Assembly (NCBI GenBank): GCA_965153455.1
Contig: OZ234493.1
Span: forward strand, 29,502,213-29,566,212
DNA from: Sphagnum compactum
Lineage: Eukaryota
Direction of reading: 5' to 3'
Length of the DNA: 64,000 nucleotides
The notes under the pieces were generated by a model. The model had not been told where the DNA came from, searched no databases, and saw nothing but the letters and a program-made list of their open reading frames with translations. The position numbers and the translations under genes are program-made. Shown here one piece after another: positions 26,193-39,600 of the stretch; positions within the stretch are counted from its first letter, which is position 1; each line of letters opens with the position of its first letter.

Positions 26193-27273
26193 CTTTGTGA
26201 TCTGCATTTCACAAGCATAACCTCAATTTATTGCTTCCTCATAGCTGCCAGATATACACTCCTCAACTGGGCAGCTAATCTGCAACTAGCAGTTCCTGAT
26301 CAAAACTTCAATCTCAATCCTGTGTGCAGGACAAAAGTAGAACAATCCAAAACTCATCATGCAAAACTGAAAGTCACAAGAGTAAAATGATCCAGAACTC
26401 TTCACTCAAATCTGCAATTCACAAGCATTTCATCATCAATATGAAGCCATACCTGTGTCCAAGCAGAGGTTTTTCTTGGAATTGTGCATCACACATGGGT
26501 GGAGAGCAGTCAATATCTATTATCTCAAAGAAAGCATACGGATTAAGAAGCTTGTGCATGAATCCATGGCTATGTAACTCCCATGAATGCAATCTCATGA
26601 ATCCCAGGAATCCAACTCCCAGTAATCCCAGCAATCAAGCATTTTGATATCCAAGATAAAAATCAACTGGGAATTGATGCATGTACATGGAGTCAATCCA
26701 TAACAGAAAGAATGGGCTAAGAATCTCCTTCTTCCCTCACACTCCCAGTTTCAATACCACAAGTTTCAAAATCACCACTTGCTGCATAAGGATGACAAAG
26801 TCTCTGGTCATTGGTCCCTGCCCTTGAAAGGCATGCGGTTTACTGGGTCTAAACTGTACATTGATACAAACAAAAAAAATGCAGGTTGCCCAAATACATC
26901 AGCTTTGCAATGATCTGATTTCCAATGTAAAGAGTAACAATTGAAGCCATACAGCATGTGCAAGTTGGAAGATTGTTGTCTCCCATGAGACCTCAACAAA
27001 GCTATTGAGAAGTTTTCTTCTAGGCTGAGAATAAAATTACTATTCTGTTGATCAAGAAGTTCACTGGCACAAGGTCAAGCCAGCAGGTCCATTCTCCCAC
27101 AATGACAACAATCTCCCAACTTTCATAAAGACCTTCTATCACAAATTCAGAGGTTTCTGTAGTTGGTACAAGCTTCTTCAACTGCCTTTGGCAGCAAAGC
27201 TTGCTCCAGGGATCTACAATTCGAGCTGCACAGATTACTAACAAATAGGGAGTTGATCAATCAATGGTCATTA

Positions 27274-29184
27274 TCAACTGTCAGGGAAGACAGGAACCCA
27301 ACCAGTTGCACCTTCTCTCAAGCACTCAGGCAAGGCTTGTTTCCAGACATCCAAATCAGGAGTGGGTCCAGTCAAAGCTATTGTGTTATTCCCAGACCCA
27401 CCAAGATTTTTCCTGCAAACCTTGTTGCCTGAGAAAGCCATAGCCATGGCCACAAGTGTCTCCTCCATTGTAATCCGCCCATCCCTCACATTCTGTCCCG
27501 CCTCAGCTTCCACACATGAGCCTCCACAATTCACCATAATGCGACCTTCAAAAACCCACACACAAGAGCTCCATCAACGATCAGCTAGTTAGAAGAAGAG
27601 AGACGTGATGCTGATAATACTAGGGTTTGGAGCATCCTCCAGTAGTAGTTCAAACAACTGCATCCATCTCCTTGTGTCGGAATATGAAGAATCTCTTACC
27701 TCCTGGAGACAGCTTCTCTCCAAGTTGCTGCCATGTTTCGATCTGTTGTAGAGCAGGAATCACTGCACCTCCAGCAAAAAGATCAACTATGAGACCTGCA
27801 AACCCACCTGGTATGGTGATGTTGCATAGGTTCAAGGCATCCCCAATATGCACATGTAGTTTTCCAGAGGTTAGACACTGGTTGCAAGCTTGAGTCCTTA
27901 TGTTTCCAACCATCATGTTTGCAGTGTTGGATTTGGAGAGGCAACAATGAGTGCTTTCTCCCTCCTCATTCATCTCCCTGCCACCTGCAAATACTCTTGT
28001 ATATTTGTCTTCATCAGAAGCAAATATGCAGCTACTTGCAACAAGTTCTTTTCCTTCTTCAAGCTCTGACAGATTGAAAAACTGCCTTGCAACCATGATA
28101 ACTGCTGGATCAAGCTCCCAACCATGTATATCCATGGCAGGCCAGAAATGTCGAAGGATTCGAGCAGCTGTGCCTGCTCCTAGTCCGAGAATTCCAACAG
28201 GACCACCCTCTGGAAGAAGCGGTGGAAGAGTTGCAAACACATCATAGTAGGAATCTGTGAGCACCTTCTGTGGGAAGTAAACACTTTGTATGTTTCCAGG
28301 TTTGTCAAGAAGAAGAATCCGAGCTCCTGCTAGAGGATGCTGTGCCCTTCTTGCCACCTCCAACACCTGCACATGGTTGTACCTGGCAAACAATGTGAAG
28401 AAGACAAACCCAACACATGAAGAAAAACAAAACCCAAGAATTGCATGAGCCAAAATCTGTAGAGAAAAATCCTTGATTCTTATGACCTAATTCCATCTCT
28501 CAGAGATGAACCATCTCCAGGGACAATCACAGCTACCAGTCCTGATTCTTGTGACCTAATTCCATCTCTGAGAGATGCATCTCCAAGAACAGTCACAGCT
28601 ACCAGCACTGCTCTCTGTGGGTGCGTGTCTCTCTGTCTGTCACTGTGTCTCTGTTTCTCTCTGGAGTTCACAAAAATGAGGATCAGGACTCACATTGTTC
28701 TGAATTTGGCAAGCAGTTGAACATCCTCGTCCTCCACAACAACGTCCCAGGCATCATCATTATCGTCGTCGTCTTGTGCAGATTCTTCAACATTCTGAAG
28801 CTGCTCCTCGAACTGGGTCTCTTCTTCCTCTTTTTCTTCTTCACGCCACCCATCTCCTCCAGCGTAACAACAACAAGAGAGCTTCTTCTTATCATGTTCC
28901 TGTGTCCGTCCAACAACCCCAACATCTTCTCCTTCTTCACTACCCTTGTTGGCCTTACAACTCCTGTTGCTACTACTATTTGCAGGATTTCCGCTTCTTC
29001 TCTTCTGCCAAACAACAGTTCGCCGCGGCTCTACAACCACAGATGCCAAAAAAAAGAGCTTGCACAACGGATGATGATGATGATGATGGAGCTTTTGTGA
29101 GTTTTTCTTGCACAACAAATTCTGCGGCGACATGAGATTCATCAGTCTTGTAGCAGCTGATTGACGCAGGAAATGTAGCGACAT
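27274..29184 (-). CDS. Class I SAM-dependent methyltransferase-superfamily protein (spermidine-synthase-like fold, uncharacterised plant family) with probable organellar transit peptide, 3 exons, ~481 aa
   Basis: Exons (minus) 29184-28694, 28382-27700, 27545-27274 with GT-AG borders in phase. SAM motif I ILGLGAGT, motif II IHGWELDPAV, then VHIGDA, IVDLF and LSPGGRIMVN. Ser/Arg-rich N-terminus is followed by an acidic linker. 29184 is the first ATG in the ORF; the track start at 29412 is TTG. Confidence 0.88.
28470..28605. repeat. ~70-bp diverged tandem duplication in methyltransferase intron 1
   Basis: TGATTCTT.TGACCTAATTCCATCTCT.AGAGATG..CATCTCCA..ACA.TCACAGCTACCAG occurs twice. Confidence 0.85.
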
Positions 29185-29738
29185 GGGATCTTGCCCAGCA
29201 GCAGCAGCAACAATAGCTTCTTCTTCTTCTGCAACGTCGGAAACCCTAGTCTTCGTCTTCGTTTTCGAGACTGGCTGTTTCTTGTGCAGCAATGGGTGGT
29301 TGTTCTTTAACAGTAGTGCAATGCACTTTTGTTGGGTTTTTCTGTTCTTCTCCGTATCGTGATTCCAAGGCCTTTGACACTCCTCCTCCTCTTTTCTTCT
29401 TCTTTTGTCCAACAGATGGAAACCCTAGCGATGGTGGAGCTTCTTCTTTTTCTTCACCACCACCACCAGTTGTTGAGCATCATCATCACGGGGGCACTGC
29501 TGATTCCAACGACCTCGCAGCAGCTGCAATCCTTGCACAAATTCTGGTTGCAACCCATTTTGCCATCGCCGCCTGTATTCCCGGCAATCCAGTTCCTCAT
29601 ACCCCAAAACCCCACGCACTTCTCTTCTGCTACCTCAAGACTCTTCTGTGTGAGATGAGTTCACCGAGCCCATCCTCCGTTTTCCGGAAGATTACGAGGA
29701 ACAAGGTATCTTCCTGAGTTCGGTAGAAAATTTGTGTT

Positions 29739-29942
29739 ATGGCAACAACAACAACAACAACAGCACCTTCTCCCATGCCTGGCTCACTTGAGACTTTGGA
29801 GGAGACAGTAGAGATCGCAGTCACATTGGAGAATGGGTCCTTGTCATCTGGTAGAAGAAATCTGGAGGCAGTCTTCTTCGATCTTGATGATACTCTTGTT
29901 CTCACCCATGCTGCCGACACAGTCGCTCACAAGGCTGTTCAG
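29739..29942 (+). pseudogene. Isolated first exon of a HAD-superfamily hydrolase (NANP/HDHD4-like); remaining exons not found
   Basis: AVFFDLDDTLVLTH carries HAD motif I (DxD), followed by a strong donor CAG|GTATGT at 29943. No HAD motif II-IV exons were recognisable downstream before the next gene at 40026. Subfamily call is from recall of motif context. Confidence 0.65.
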
Positions 29943-30269
29943 GTATGTATGTATGCATGCATGCATGCAGGTATGTTGCAGTACTCTGAAGCTCCAAGAG
30001 CTTTGGATTGCATCTCCAGGATTCTCCTGAGTTCTTCTTGTTGAGCATTCCAACAACAACAGAATGCTTTTGTTGGTTGCTCTCTTGAAGCTTTTTCTGG
30101 ATGCTGGGATTTTGTCAGTTCTCTGTTGGAATGAATGGGATGGGATGTAGAAGAGCTTTGCCATTTGCCATCTCCCTGCGGTGCTTGCTTGATGATCAAT
30201 GCAAATCAGGAGCTGGAGATGGGTTTCAGGAAGAACATACAATGAATCCCAAAAGGTTCCAGACAATTT

Positions 30270-33200
30270 GAATTGTGTATACGGGGTACCATGTATGAAT
30301 ATGCGGAGATTTTTTATCAATCCTACAGGTTTAGCCATCATATGATTGGCCATGTGGAGATTGTAGGGAGCAGGTTTAGGTAGAGGAAGTCCCAATTTTT
30401 TCTGAGGATGTTTGTAGTAATATTGATACCCAAACCCCCATCCAATAGCACATCTTCTACCAGATTTTTGCGGACCTGAACCTGTATGATGGCCATGTGT
30501 GGGTCTACTACTACTACTACATCCATGTTTACAGTGGGAACAAGTATTGAGAGTGGCATTGGTTTGAACTAAAAGTTGCGGGTGTTAATTACGTTTGCAA
30601 GTATGTCATGAGGTCTAGTGCTAAGTGCAGTAACCAGCCCAATGCGAGCAATCTACTATTCAACAATGGCTACCTTATCATTTGGATTGGAAATTAATTA
30701 TTTGCAGTGATGGGAATCTCAGTTGATGAAGATTTTGACTCTTGGGTAGGTAAACCCGCCCATTCAATAGCCCACTACTATTGAATCAGGGCTACCATAT
30801 GCAACTCATCTTGTTGTAGCTGCCATATGGTTTCAACCATGGATTCCTGCAAGGCCTTTCCTTTTTCCACTGGTTGAGGGTCTTCCCTTTAACAGGTTCT
30901 CTATTTTTATCCCATAGCTTTACTTTTGGGGCCCTACTACATGTGGTAACTGTTAGCACCATGTTAACATAGCCTCACTGTGTTTTTGTTCTGGCAAAGT
31001 TATTATAATGGGTTGGTCTGCTACAGTTCTCTTAGCTAGCATCACTTGAAATTCTGCTCGATATGGGTAGCTTTGGGCATGATGATTTGGCGACTTGCAA
31101 GTAAAGCACAGATATGGGTGGGTAGCTTTGGGCAGCATGATTAGGCGACTTGCAAGTAAAGCGCAACCCTTGTTGTTGAGTTGCACTTGTACCATGATTA
31201 CTACCCTTATCCTTTTTCCACGGGTTTGGTTTAGACGCTTGTGCTGTAACTTCATTCACTTCAACTGTAGTCTTATCGTACTCTTGAACTTTTTGTTGGG
31301 ATTTTTGGGTTGAAGTGGCAACACTCCCTGTTGTGGCCTGGTTTCTTATAACAATTGTAGATCTCCTCCCCTTTCTTAGCATCTGCCTTCTTTTTGGAGA
31401 CATCGTGTGCTTCCATGATGGCACGGTAGCCATCCTTCTCATCCAGTTCCTCACAGGTCACAACAGCCTCCTTGTTGGAGGCAATTGGCCAACTTGACGA
31501 GTTGTTCATAGTACTCCTCAACTCTTTCACTAGGGCCTTGTTTGATAGTTTGCAAACTCATGTAGACCTGCTCATGATTCTACACCTTGCGGTAGCACTT
31601 ACAAAATGCTTGTTTTAGCTCTTGAAAGGTGCAGTGTGGGTGGTTTTGAAAGTAATTCTCCCCCCAGTTAGATAGCTTATCTCATGGGGGTATAATTGAA
31701 CAGATTTATGATGGATGCTTCTTGCCATTCTCCATTGGCCTAGATAACATGCTTAAACATGCCAACATGAACATCTGGGTCTGATCTAGGCTTGTAATTT
31801 GGCTACGGCAATGCCTTTTGTAAGGGATTATTGTCCTATATTACTGGATGTTATTGTCTAACCATTGCATTGTTGCTCATGTTAGAGACTCATCTGTCCT
31901 TGCTTGTGTTACTCCAAAAGTGAATGGAGGATGAAGGACTGTCACCGGTGGTACAAATTCCATGTCCTCCTACAAAGCCATCTCATCTTCTGGTCTATAC
32001 CAGCCTCGATCATCCAGCACCAATGGTATGTAACGGCACCCTCCCTCCAGATGTCCCAAACGTCCATCAAGTTTGCAGGTCGGGGGTCCATAATACCTGA
32101 CCTCACAAACATTGGCCATATGGCCCTCTCTACCACAAAATTGACATGTAGGATGGCAATCTTTCACACAAAAAGTAATCATAGGCTATCCCTGAACAAA
32201 ACTATACTAAAGTTTTGCCTACTTGGTCATTAGGTGATGGTCTTGTTTCTGGTTCTAGTACACCCCTTTACTTGACAACTAAGCAATTGATGTTACTTTA
32301 GTTGTTTTATTGTTAATGTATCCTCAGCTAATGAGACTGGAGTATGGAGTTGTGTCTCAAATGTCATGACAGTATTGGTCTTCAGATCAATTAACACCAT
32401 AGTTGCTTGGGCAAGATGCAAATTTCGGGAAGTACATGCCCTTGATGTATCTATGGCCCATGGTATTCCCTCATCCAAAGTGGTATTTATTGAACCTTCC
32501 TAGCCTTGGTAGTCACTAGAAAAAGAACCTCTTCAATAGGTCTTAATTTTCCTTGGTCCCCAATCATGAGTGGCTCATGCCCCCCAATAGCTATGGCCTT
32601 CCTACACTTTTGCTACTGCAATATATCTCTCATCGTTCTTTAACAAAGATGGCATTGTTGCTGGCATTTCCACAGCTCCTAGTTGCCCTCACACTATAGC
32701 GTCCTCCCCCGACTGGTGGTACCAATAAGCGACATCAACGCCTTCAAACTAAGGTATGTTTTATACAGTAGCTCCAAAAGAAGTGAGTACCTTAAAATAC
32801 TACTTAGTATTGCCTCCCACAAACCATTAATGTAAACTAAGCCCCCCACTGTTGTAATACCCTAGGATGATGGTCACCAAATGGAAAAGTCCCCTTTCCT
32901 GGGTCCCGATAGCTTGCCATACTCTCTATATCTGAGAGTATTAGGAATTACTAAAACCGTTTGACAGTTTGGGTACAATAGCTCATGAAACTAAAGTTCT
33001 AACTGTTGCAGAGTAACAAAACAAGGGAACAGGATTATCTAACATGTAGCAATGAAATTATTTCAATAAAAGGTGCAATCAACCATTGATCACAAAAACA
33101 ATGAATCCTCCCAATCAAAGGTCAAATCATGGCAGAAACCTTATTCTCTTTACGCACACACACACACACCACACTATGCTATTACCCTCCTTGTCTTTTT

Positions 33201-33400
33201 AAAGAGTTAAGAGCACCTTGAATCAATGGTGGTTTCCGCTAATCAAAACCTATTTCTTCTTTCATATCTTTATCTCTTCACCGCTATTGTACTATCCCTC
33301 TGCACCACGTAGGCAATAGGCTAGTAACTTACCTCAGTAACCCTTTGGTTACACGATTTAATTACTATAGTAGACCTAGAAATTCATTAAGATGAAGTCA
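30270..33400 (-). mobile_element. Truncated Ty3/Gypsy-like retrotransposon remnant (gag, zinc knuckles, aspartic protease); pol missing
   Basis: Minus-strand peptides: CQFCGREGHMANVC; a gag-like segment at ~31580-31800 (PDVHVGMFKHV, WGENYFQNHPHCTFQELKQAFCK); NCYKKPGHNRECC; CFTCKSPNHHAQ; protease-like VLLDGGLGINI and PKPAPYNLHMAN..KPVGLIKNLRIFIHG. Possible PBS (TGGTGACC) at ~32873-32880. LTR extent is uncertain. Confidence 0.75.
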
Positions 33401-34349
33401 TTCTACGATCTTAACAATTATATGAATGTAATGCTCTTGCTTTTGGGACAAAGTTCTAAACTAAACTAAATCTAGATTTATGTGATGTTGCTTGGGTAAG
33501 TCGAACTTTCTAACAAATGGATATGATCACAATAAAAAGAACTAATGGCGACAAGGTTGGAGTTCTTACGAAGGAGTATAATGTATATGTGTCATTCATG
33601 TATTGATTTATTAAATATCAAATTTATATTTTAAATAATTAAATTTTTTTAAACATAGTTTAATTAGATATTGATATTGAAACCAAATATGACCCATATT
33701 ATAATTAAAATTTAAAATTTTTGCCCAAGTCTTACACGTCATAATCAAATTTTGTTTCAAACCATAATCACATATTTTGAACTATTATAATCATTAATGA
33801 TGTTTTGAATCAAAATCAACAACATTTTTATACATGCACCTCAAAAGATCCGATACATGTGCACCTAAAAGGATCAACACATGTGGCCCTTTTTATGAAG
33901 GATCTCATAATAAGTTTGAGAACATTTGGTGAAAGTTTTAATAACAAAAAACATGTTCAATTTTAAAGGTGTTGAAAATCACTATTTTGACAAGTGATTT
34001 GTGTACAACAAATTCTAATAACATGATGAAATGACTTCAAATTCAAAAGTGAACAAACAAAATTCTAAAAGATGGATAATCATCTAATTAAATACAATAA
34101 ATTGTTGTTTTTCAAAGTAGTGCAAGTGTAGTTTTCACTATAATCAAGAAGCAATTTTGGCTTTTTTATTGTGATTGCACCCAAATGTTCAACAAGTTGT
34201 AGAACCCCAAGCAAGTTTCCACAAACATGTAAGAAAACATACCCAAAGTTCACCACATTGGGATTTTTTTGGGTGGATGCATATAAATACATTTTGATTT
34301 CTCCATAATCCTCTTCACAATTGGTTTTGAAATCATGTTTATATTTTGC

Positions 34350-35030
34350 CAATTCCTCACCACATTGACATTCTTTTTGGAGGATGAGAATCCATTTTGA
34401 TTTTCCACACAATTCTCTTTACAATTGGCTTGAAATGTTTTTGCAAATTTGTGTTCATATCTTGCACCCCATTCCTTGTCCTATTCCTTGTCACATTTTA
34501 ATTTTTCTGAATGGTGAGAATGCAAAATTTGATTTCCTCATAATTGTTTTTGCAATTGGCTTTGAAATCATTGTGAATTGTGTTCATATCTTGTGCAACA
34601 ATCCTAAGGTCACATTCACATCCAAAACTTTTTTTGTGATGATGATGGATTTTATTTTTGTTGGATTTTCTTTGAGATTTTTTTAAAAATCTTTGTCATT
34701 TGTGTTCGTGTCTTCCAATTATCCTCACCAATCACATTGACATTTTTTTGGAGGATGCTAATGTAGTTTGATTTCTCTTTGATTTGATTTGATTCATTAT
34801 GAGAAATTACGTTTGCGAAAACCTCACTACCTTGCAACAAGGGAGTCTTATAAAACTACCATGCAACTAGATTACACAATTGCTTTCTAAAAATATGATG
34901 ATTTTTATTTTTAAAATCCACGTTAGATTTTTTTTTTAAATCTTTGTCATTTGTGTTTGTCTCTTTTTTATTATCCTCACCAATCACATTGACATTATTT
35001 TTGGAGGATGCTAATATTATTTGATTTCTA
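34350..35030. repeat. Locally repeated ~100-bp unit (3 copies)
   Basis: TCCTCACC(AATC)ACATTGACATT.TTTTTGGAGGATG at ~34353, ~34722 and ~34974. The last two also share the upstream AAATCTTTGTCATTTGTGTT. Confidence 0.8.
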
Positions 35031-36673
35031 TTATAGTTGCAAAATGGATCTCATACGGATGTATGTAAACATCATTTATACGATTGTGGTCAAATGTATT
35101 TAACTTTGTGAGCAAATTGCATGGTAGTTGCATTGTAAAACTGTTGTACAATTGGCCTATATGGTGATTTCATGTACAACTTTGTGTGTGATTACATTAC
35201 AACTAACTATGCCGAATGGCATGTACAATCAAGCACATGTCTGCATTTCCACCATCCGTTTCAACTATTATATAATTAATTTTCAACTAAACTTGTTCTT
35301 GATACAACTATTATTCCCATTATGTTTTCACTATGTAAATACTATTAATCCACCAATTTGGGATTTTCATTCAACTTCAATATGACTAGTCATCAACTAT
35401 GTTGCAACCATAATGTTATGATACCACCTACAAATTGTATAATTTATTGAAAGTGTAGTCCTAAAATGATACCGAAATAATATATACATTGCATTATCAA
35501 ATCCATTGGGACGTACACAAATATTCCTTTGTGAACATCAAAATCTTTTATTCTAACCATCGAAGAGAGTTCTACATTATATGTTTCAACTCTAGAAGCA
35601 AAGGAACAACATAGAAGAAGCACAAATCATGTTTTTTTTAAATGATCTTTATTTCTAGATATCATATCTTCCTTGTTTCTTGTCCATTTTCAATGATCTA
35701 AAATCTTATGTATGCACCAAGTTAAAATCTACATGAATTATTTGAGGTCCAAAGATAAAGGAACAACACGTAAGAGCCATTGAAGAAGATGAATGTGTTG
35801 AATCTTAAAACGTGAATTAGGCCAGTGAACAAACATTGACCCCATTTACTTTTGACAACCATATCTTTTTCATTTGTGTCTTTTGAACAATTTAAATGAC
35901 CATGGATGTGCCAAATCAAAATTTAAAATAACTTTTCCATTTGAAAAGCAAAGGGACAATGTATTAAAATCTAAAGCTATTTAAGAGCTTAAATGTTTAC
36001 TTACTAACTTGTTTTGTAATAGTTGCAAGTGAATTGCAACTAGGATGCAACTAATTTTTTATCCTACCTTTCAAGTTTATAAAGTACATAACTAAGTGCA
36101 TTAAGAGTATTAAAAAAAAATGACATTTGGAATAAGTCAATAAAAAAAAGGTTTGGCCCTAAAGATTAAACCCAAAATAAAATAAGATTATTCCAATGAC
36201 CTACCTACCTACTTTAAACTTACTTACCTATTTACTTAGGCCTAACTATCTACCTAATTAGCCTAAGAAATTTAGGTAATAATGCCTACCTACTTTAGGC
36301 CTACCTACTTATTGACTTGAGTGTCACATGTCAACATCTTATTGGCCTTAAGTAGAATAATGTAAATTAAATTAATAAAAATATTAAATATCAAAATAAG
36401 TTTAAAATTGCCATGTGTCCATTGACGATCTATCAACACATCATTGCCACATCAACACATTGTTTCTTATGTAATTACAATTACGTAGTGGCATAATAGT
36501 TTACAATGATTTAATTGCAACATAGTTGCACAAGTTACATATGTATATTAATTTTATATATAGTGAGTTGTGTCGTTAAACTTTTGCAACTTGTTCGATA
36601 GCATTCAAGCTATACAAATATAGTGGGTTATAAGCCTAATTGTAACTTGCAAACAACCTATTTTTTCATAGTG
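34825..36673. mobile_element. Possible non-autonomous CACTA-like element
   Basis: CACTA at 34825 and TAGTG at 36669-36673 bound a region with many TAGTTGCA/TGCAACT subterminal-like motifs in both orientations. The 3-bp TSD does not match. Confidence 0.3.
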
Positions 36674-39600
36674 ATTTAATTTGATTTTTAAAAACTTTTT
36701 TTTGACATCTTATATCTTGCTTTTTATTTTGTTTTGAGTTTGCACAGGTAAACTTTCCTGTGAAATTTTATGACCAAACTTGACTAATTTATTTAACATT
36801 TCTACATGTTAATTTCATATCTTTTCACTTGGACCAAGGCAACAACACAAAGTCATGAGGTTCTTAAACCAAATTGAAAAGGCACATGTTAATGTGCCTT
36901 TTTATGTTATCTTTTGAAAGGTATCGAAATAATTTTTTTTGAATTATATATATATGGGTTGTTTGAAACCACAAACTCTAGATAAATCCAAAATACAACA
37001 AATTATGTTGTAATTGTTTTGAAGTGTTGTTCCGATTTGTGTGTCAAACACAAGGCCATCAAAATTTTATATTTTTGTAGCCAAAGGGACAATTAGTAAA
37101 ATACACAACATTGTCTAACAATTTTAGCATAGTAACTACTCAAAATTTACCAATCCATAACAATTTCATATATTCATGTGATCACCACACATCCAACTAC
37201 TTTGTTGAATCTATGGTATTAGTATATATTCTTATCATCACTTTTGTTTCCTTCACTTTAATTAATGTCCATTCATTAATGATTTTTTCAAACATTTTAA
37301 CAAAAAGTCATGTTTCATTTTTACCCTTAAGAACTAAAAGACTTGTGTGAACAATTAAATCCTTACATCTCATATTTTTTAATATAAAAACAAAGTAAAA
37401 TCTATACATGCATTTTCCAAGTTGCATTTTTAATATTAATGGTGATTGATGTTACTCTTCAAATTTCATGCAAAATGATGCATCAAATTTTATAATATGA
37501 GTTAAATTATTAGTTATTGAAATATTGATGAATTGTCCTAATTGATATTGCAAAACATTTAGAACCTAAGCTTTGATATTTGAAATTGCCACAATAGTTG
37601 CATAAGATTTAATGACACAAATTTAAAATATGTTTAAATGTTTTTACATTGTGTTGCTAAATTCAATAATAACCTTTTTGGGCATTGGGTATTTTATAGC
37701 ATATTTAGGTGTTGCCAGTGAAAAGTTTGAAAAGTAAATTCCATTTTCATTTCAACATAGACCATCCCAATAATGTATCAAAATTTATTTTGAAATCATG
37801 TTGGAAAAGTTGTGTGAGCAATTAAATCCATACATATGATCATTTGCAATCTAATTCATTTTTAATACAAGAACAAAGATAAACTTGTAGGCATTTTTCA
37901 TAACACATTAGATAAGTTGATTGCTCATCACCTTAAAACACTAAAAGGACAATACCCATAGTATTAACCCCAAAAAAATGTTTCCAATTTTATTCATGTA
38001 CATATTATAGATTTCTTTGAGGGTTTTGAATTCATTGGAACCCAGAGGTTCTTTGGTTCTGAACCAAAAAAAAGGTTATCACCAAAATCAAATACCCGCC
38101 CAACATTGGTTTGAACATCCAAAAGGGACCACAAGAAGTTCTAAAGCATTTCATTACGAGCGAAATGAAAATTTCAAGATTGTTAAGGACTTGTAAAGGA
38201 AAACCCTATCTATATCCAAATAAAAATTGCTTGTAAAATAAATAATGCTTTTTTTAAAAAACCTATTCTTCTTTTTTTTTACTACAGATTCAGAAATGAC
38301 AATATTATAGCCATATATATATATATATATATATATAGGTGTCACATTATCAAAGGATGTTAAGCACATGATCTGCATGTTGGATGCATGTGCAAAACAT
38401 ACTCATGTGGAAAGAGGACAATCCCTGACCCTTTTCATAGGAATTGACCTCTTTGTCAGACATGCCCATGTTGAGAGTAGTTGGGCCATGTTCATTCATT
38501 GAAAACATGCTAGCCTAGAAGCTTCCTTATCTCCCCATACAACCACTCCATAAGAGGCTTTGCTTGTGGGAGAATTTTTTAGTCTGTGGAGCTTGACTTG
38601 GTAGCAGCCTACAGACCCTAAACCCTAAACCATGTCAAAAGACAAGAGATACCTGAACACTCCAGAAGATTTTTTATTTAAAAAATAAAATAATAAAAAT
38701 AATAATATTCTTTGAAAATAATATTAATTTTTTAAAAATTAAAAAAAATTCAACATAGTCTACAAATAATTTTCGATACAGAGTTTTCTGGGAGTTGATA
38801 TAGGGAGGATTTTGCATAATTTTTCATAATGGTCACATTCATTGACAATTCTGGAATAAGGAGGATCATATGAAAACTTAACCACTTCACTCTTGTTTTA
38901 AAAACTCTCTATTTAAAATAAAATAAAATTACCTTATTTCTTTCCTCTACCCATCAACATGGAGATAAAAATAAATAAAATAAATATGTGTCTTTTTATG
39001 TCCACAATATTTATATTTAATTTTTTAATAATAATTTTTCTTTTCTAAGAATAATAATAATAATAATAATGAAGAACTATTGGAAACCATATGAGAACAT
39101 GGCGAGCATGAACCTGCACACATGAACATGCAGGATGGATGATGTTTGTGCAGGGAACACTTTTTCATTGCATTCCTGCACCATATCTGACCATGATGGT
39201 TACCTATGTACCAACCACCCACATCTATATACGTACCTACCTACCTATGTACCTACCTAGTAAACACTTAGTGCTTTACCTTAGTTACCTACCAAAATAG
39301 TAACCAGGTAGACTCTCATCGACCCAATGAACGATTCTGTAATCCTTTGCTTCTTCTTGGATGAAATTTTTTATAGCAACGGGTATCTCCATTCTCATAA
39401 CTAACCAGGTAACCGCAAAATAAGTTGAATTTTACACTCCGAAAACAAAAAAGACTGGTTCCCAGTTGGACGGAATTTCCGATTTTTCGACCAATTCCTG
39501 ATTCCGGTTCTAGGTCTAATTTCAAAACTGGTTCAAAGTTGGTTCCGGGTCTAGGTCTAGGTACCAAGTAACCGGACCTCGAAGTTAGAACCAAAACCGG

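Noticed and set aside
18715..29942. MTA, a second SAM-dependent methyltransferase and a HAD phosphatase as a functional RNA-modification cluster
   Set aside because: Likely different compartments (nuclear versus transit-peptide-bearing), the HAD gene is incomplete, and adjacency in plant genomes is usually incidental. It would need conserved synteny and co-expression.
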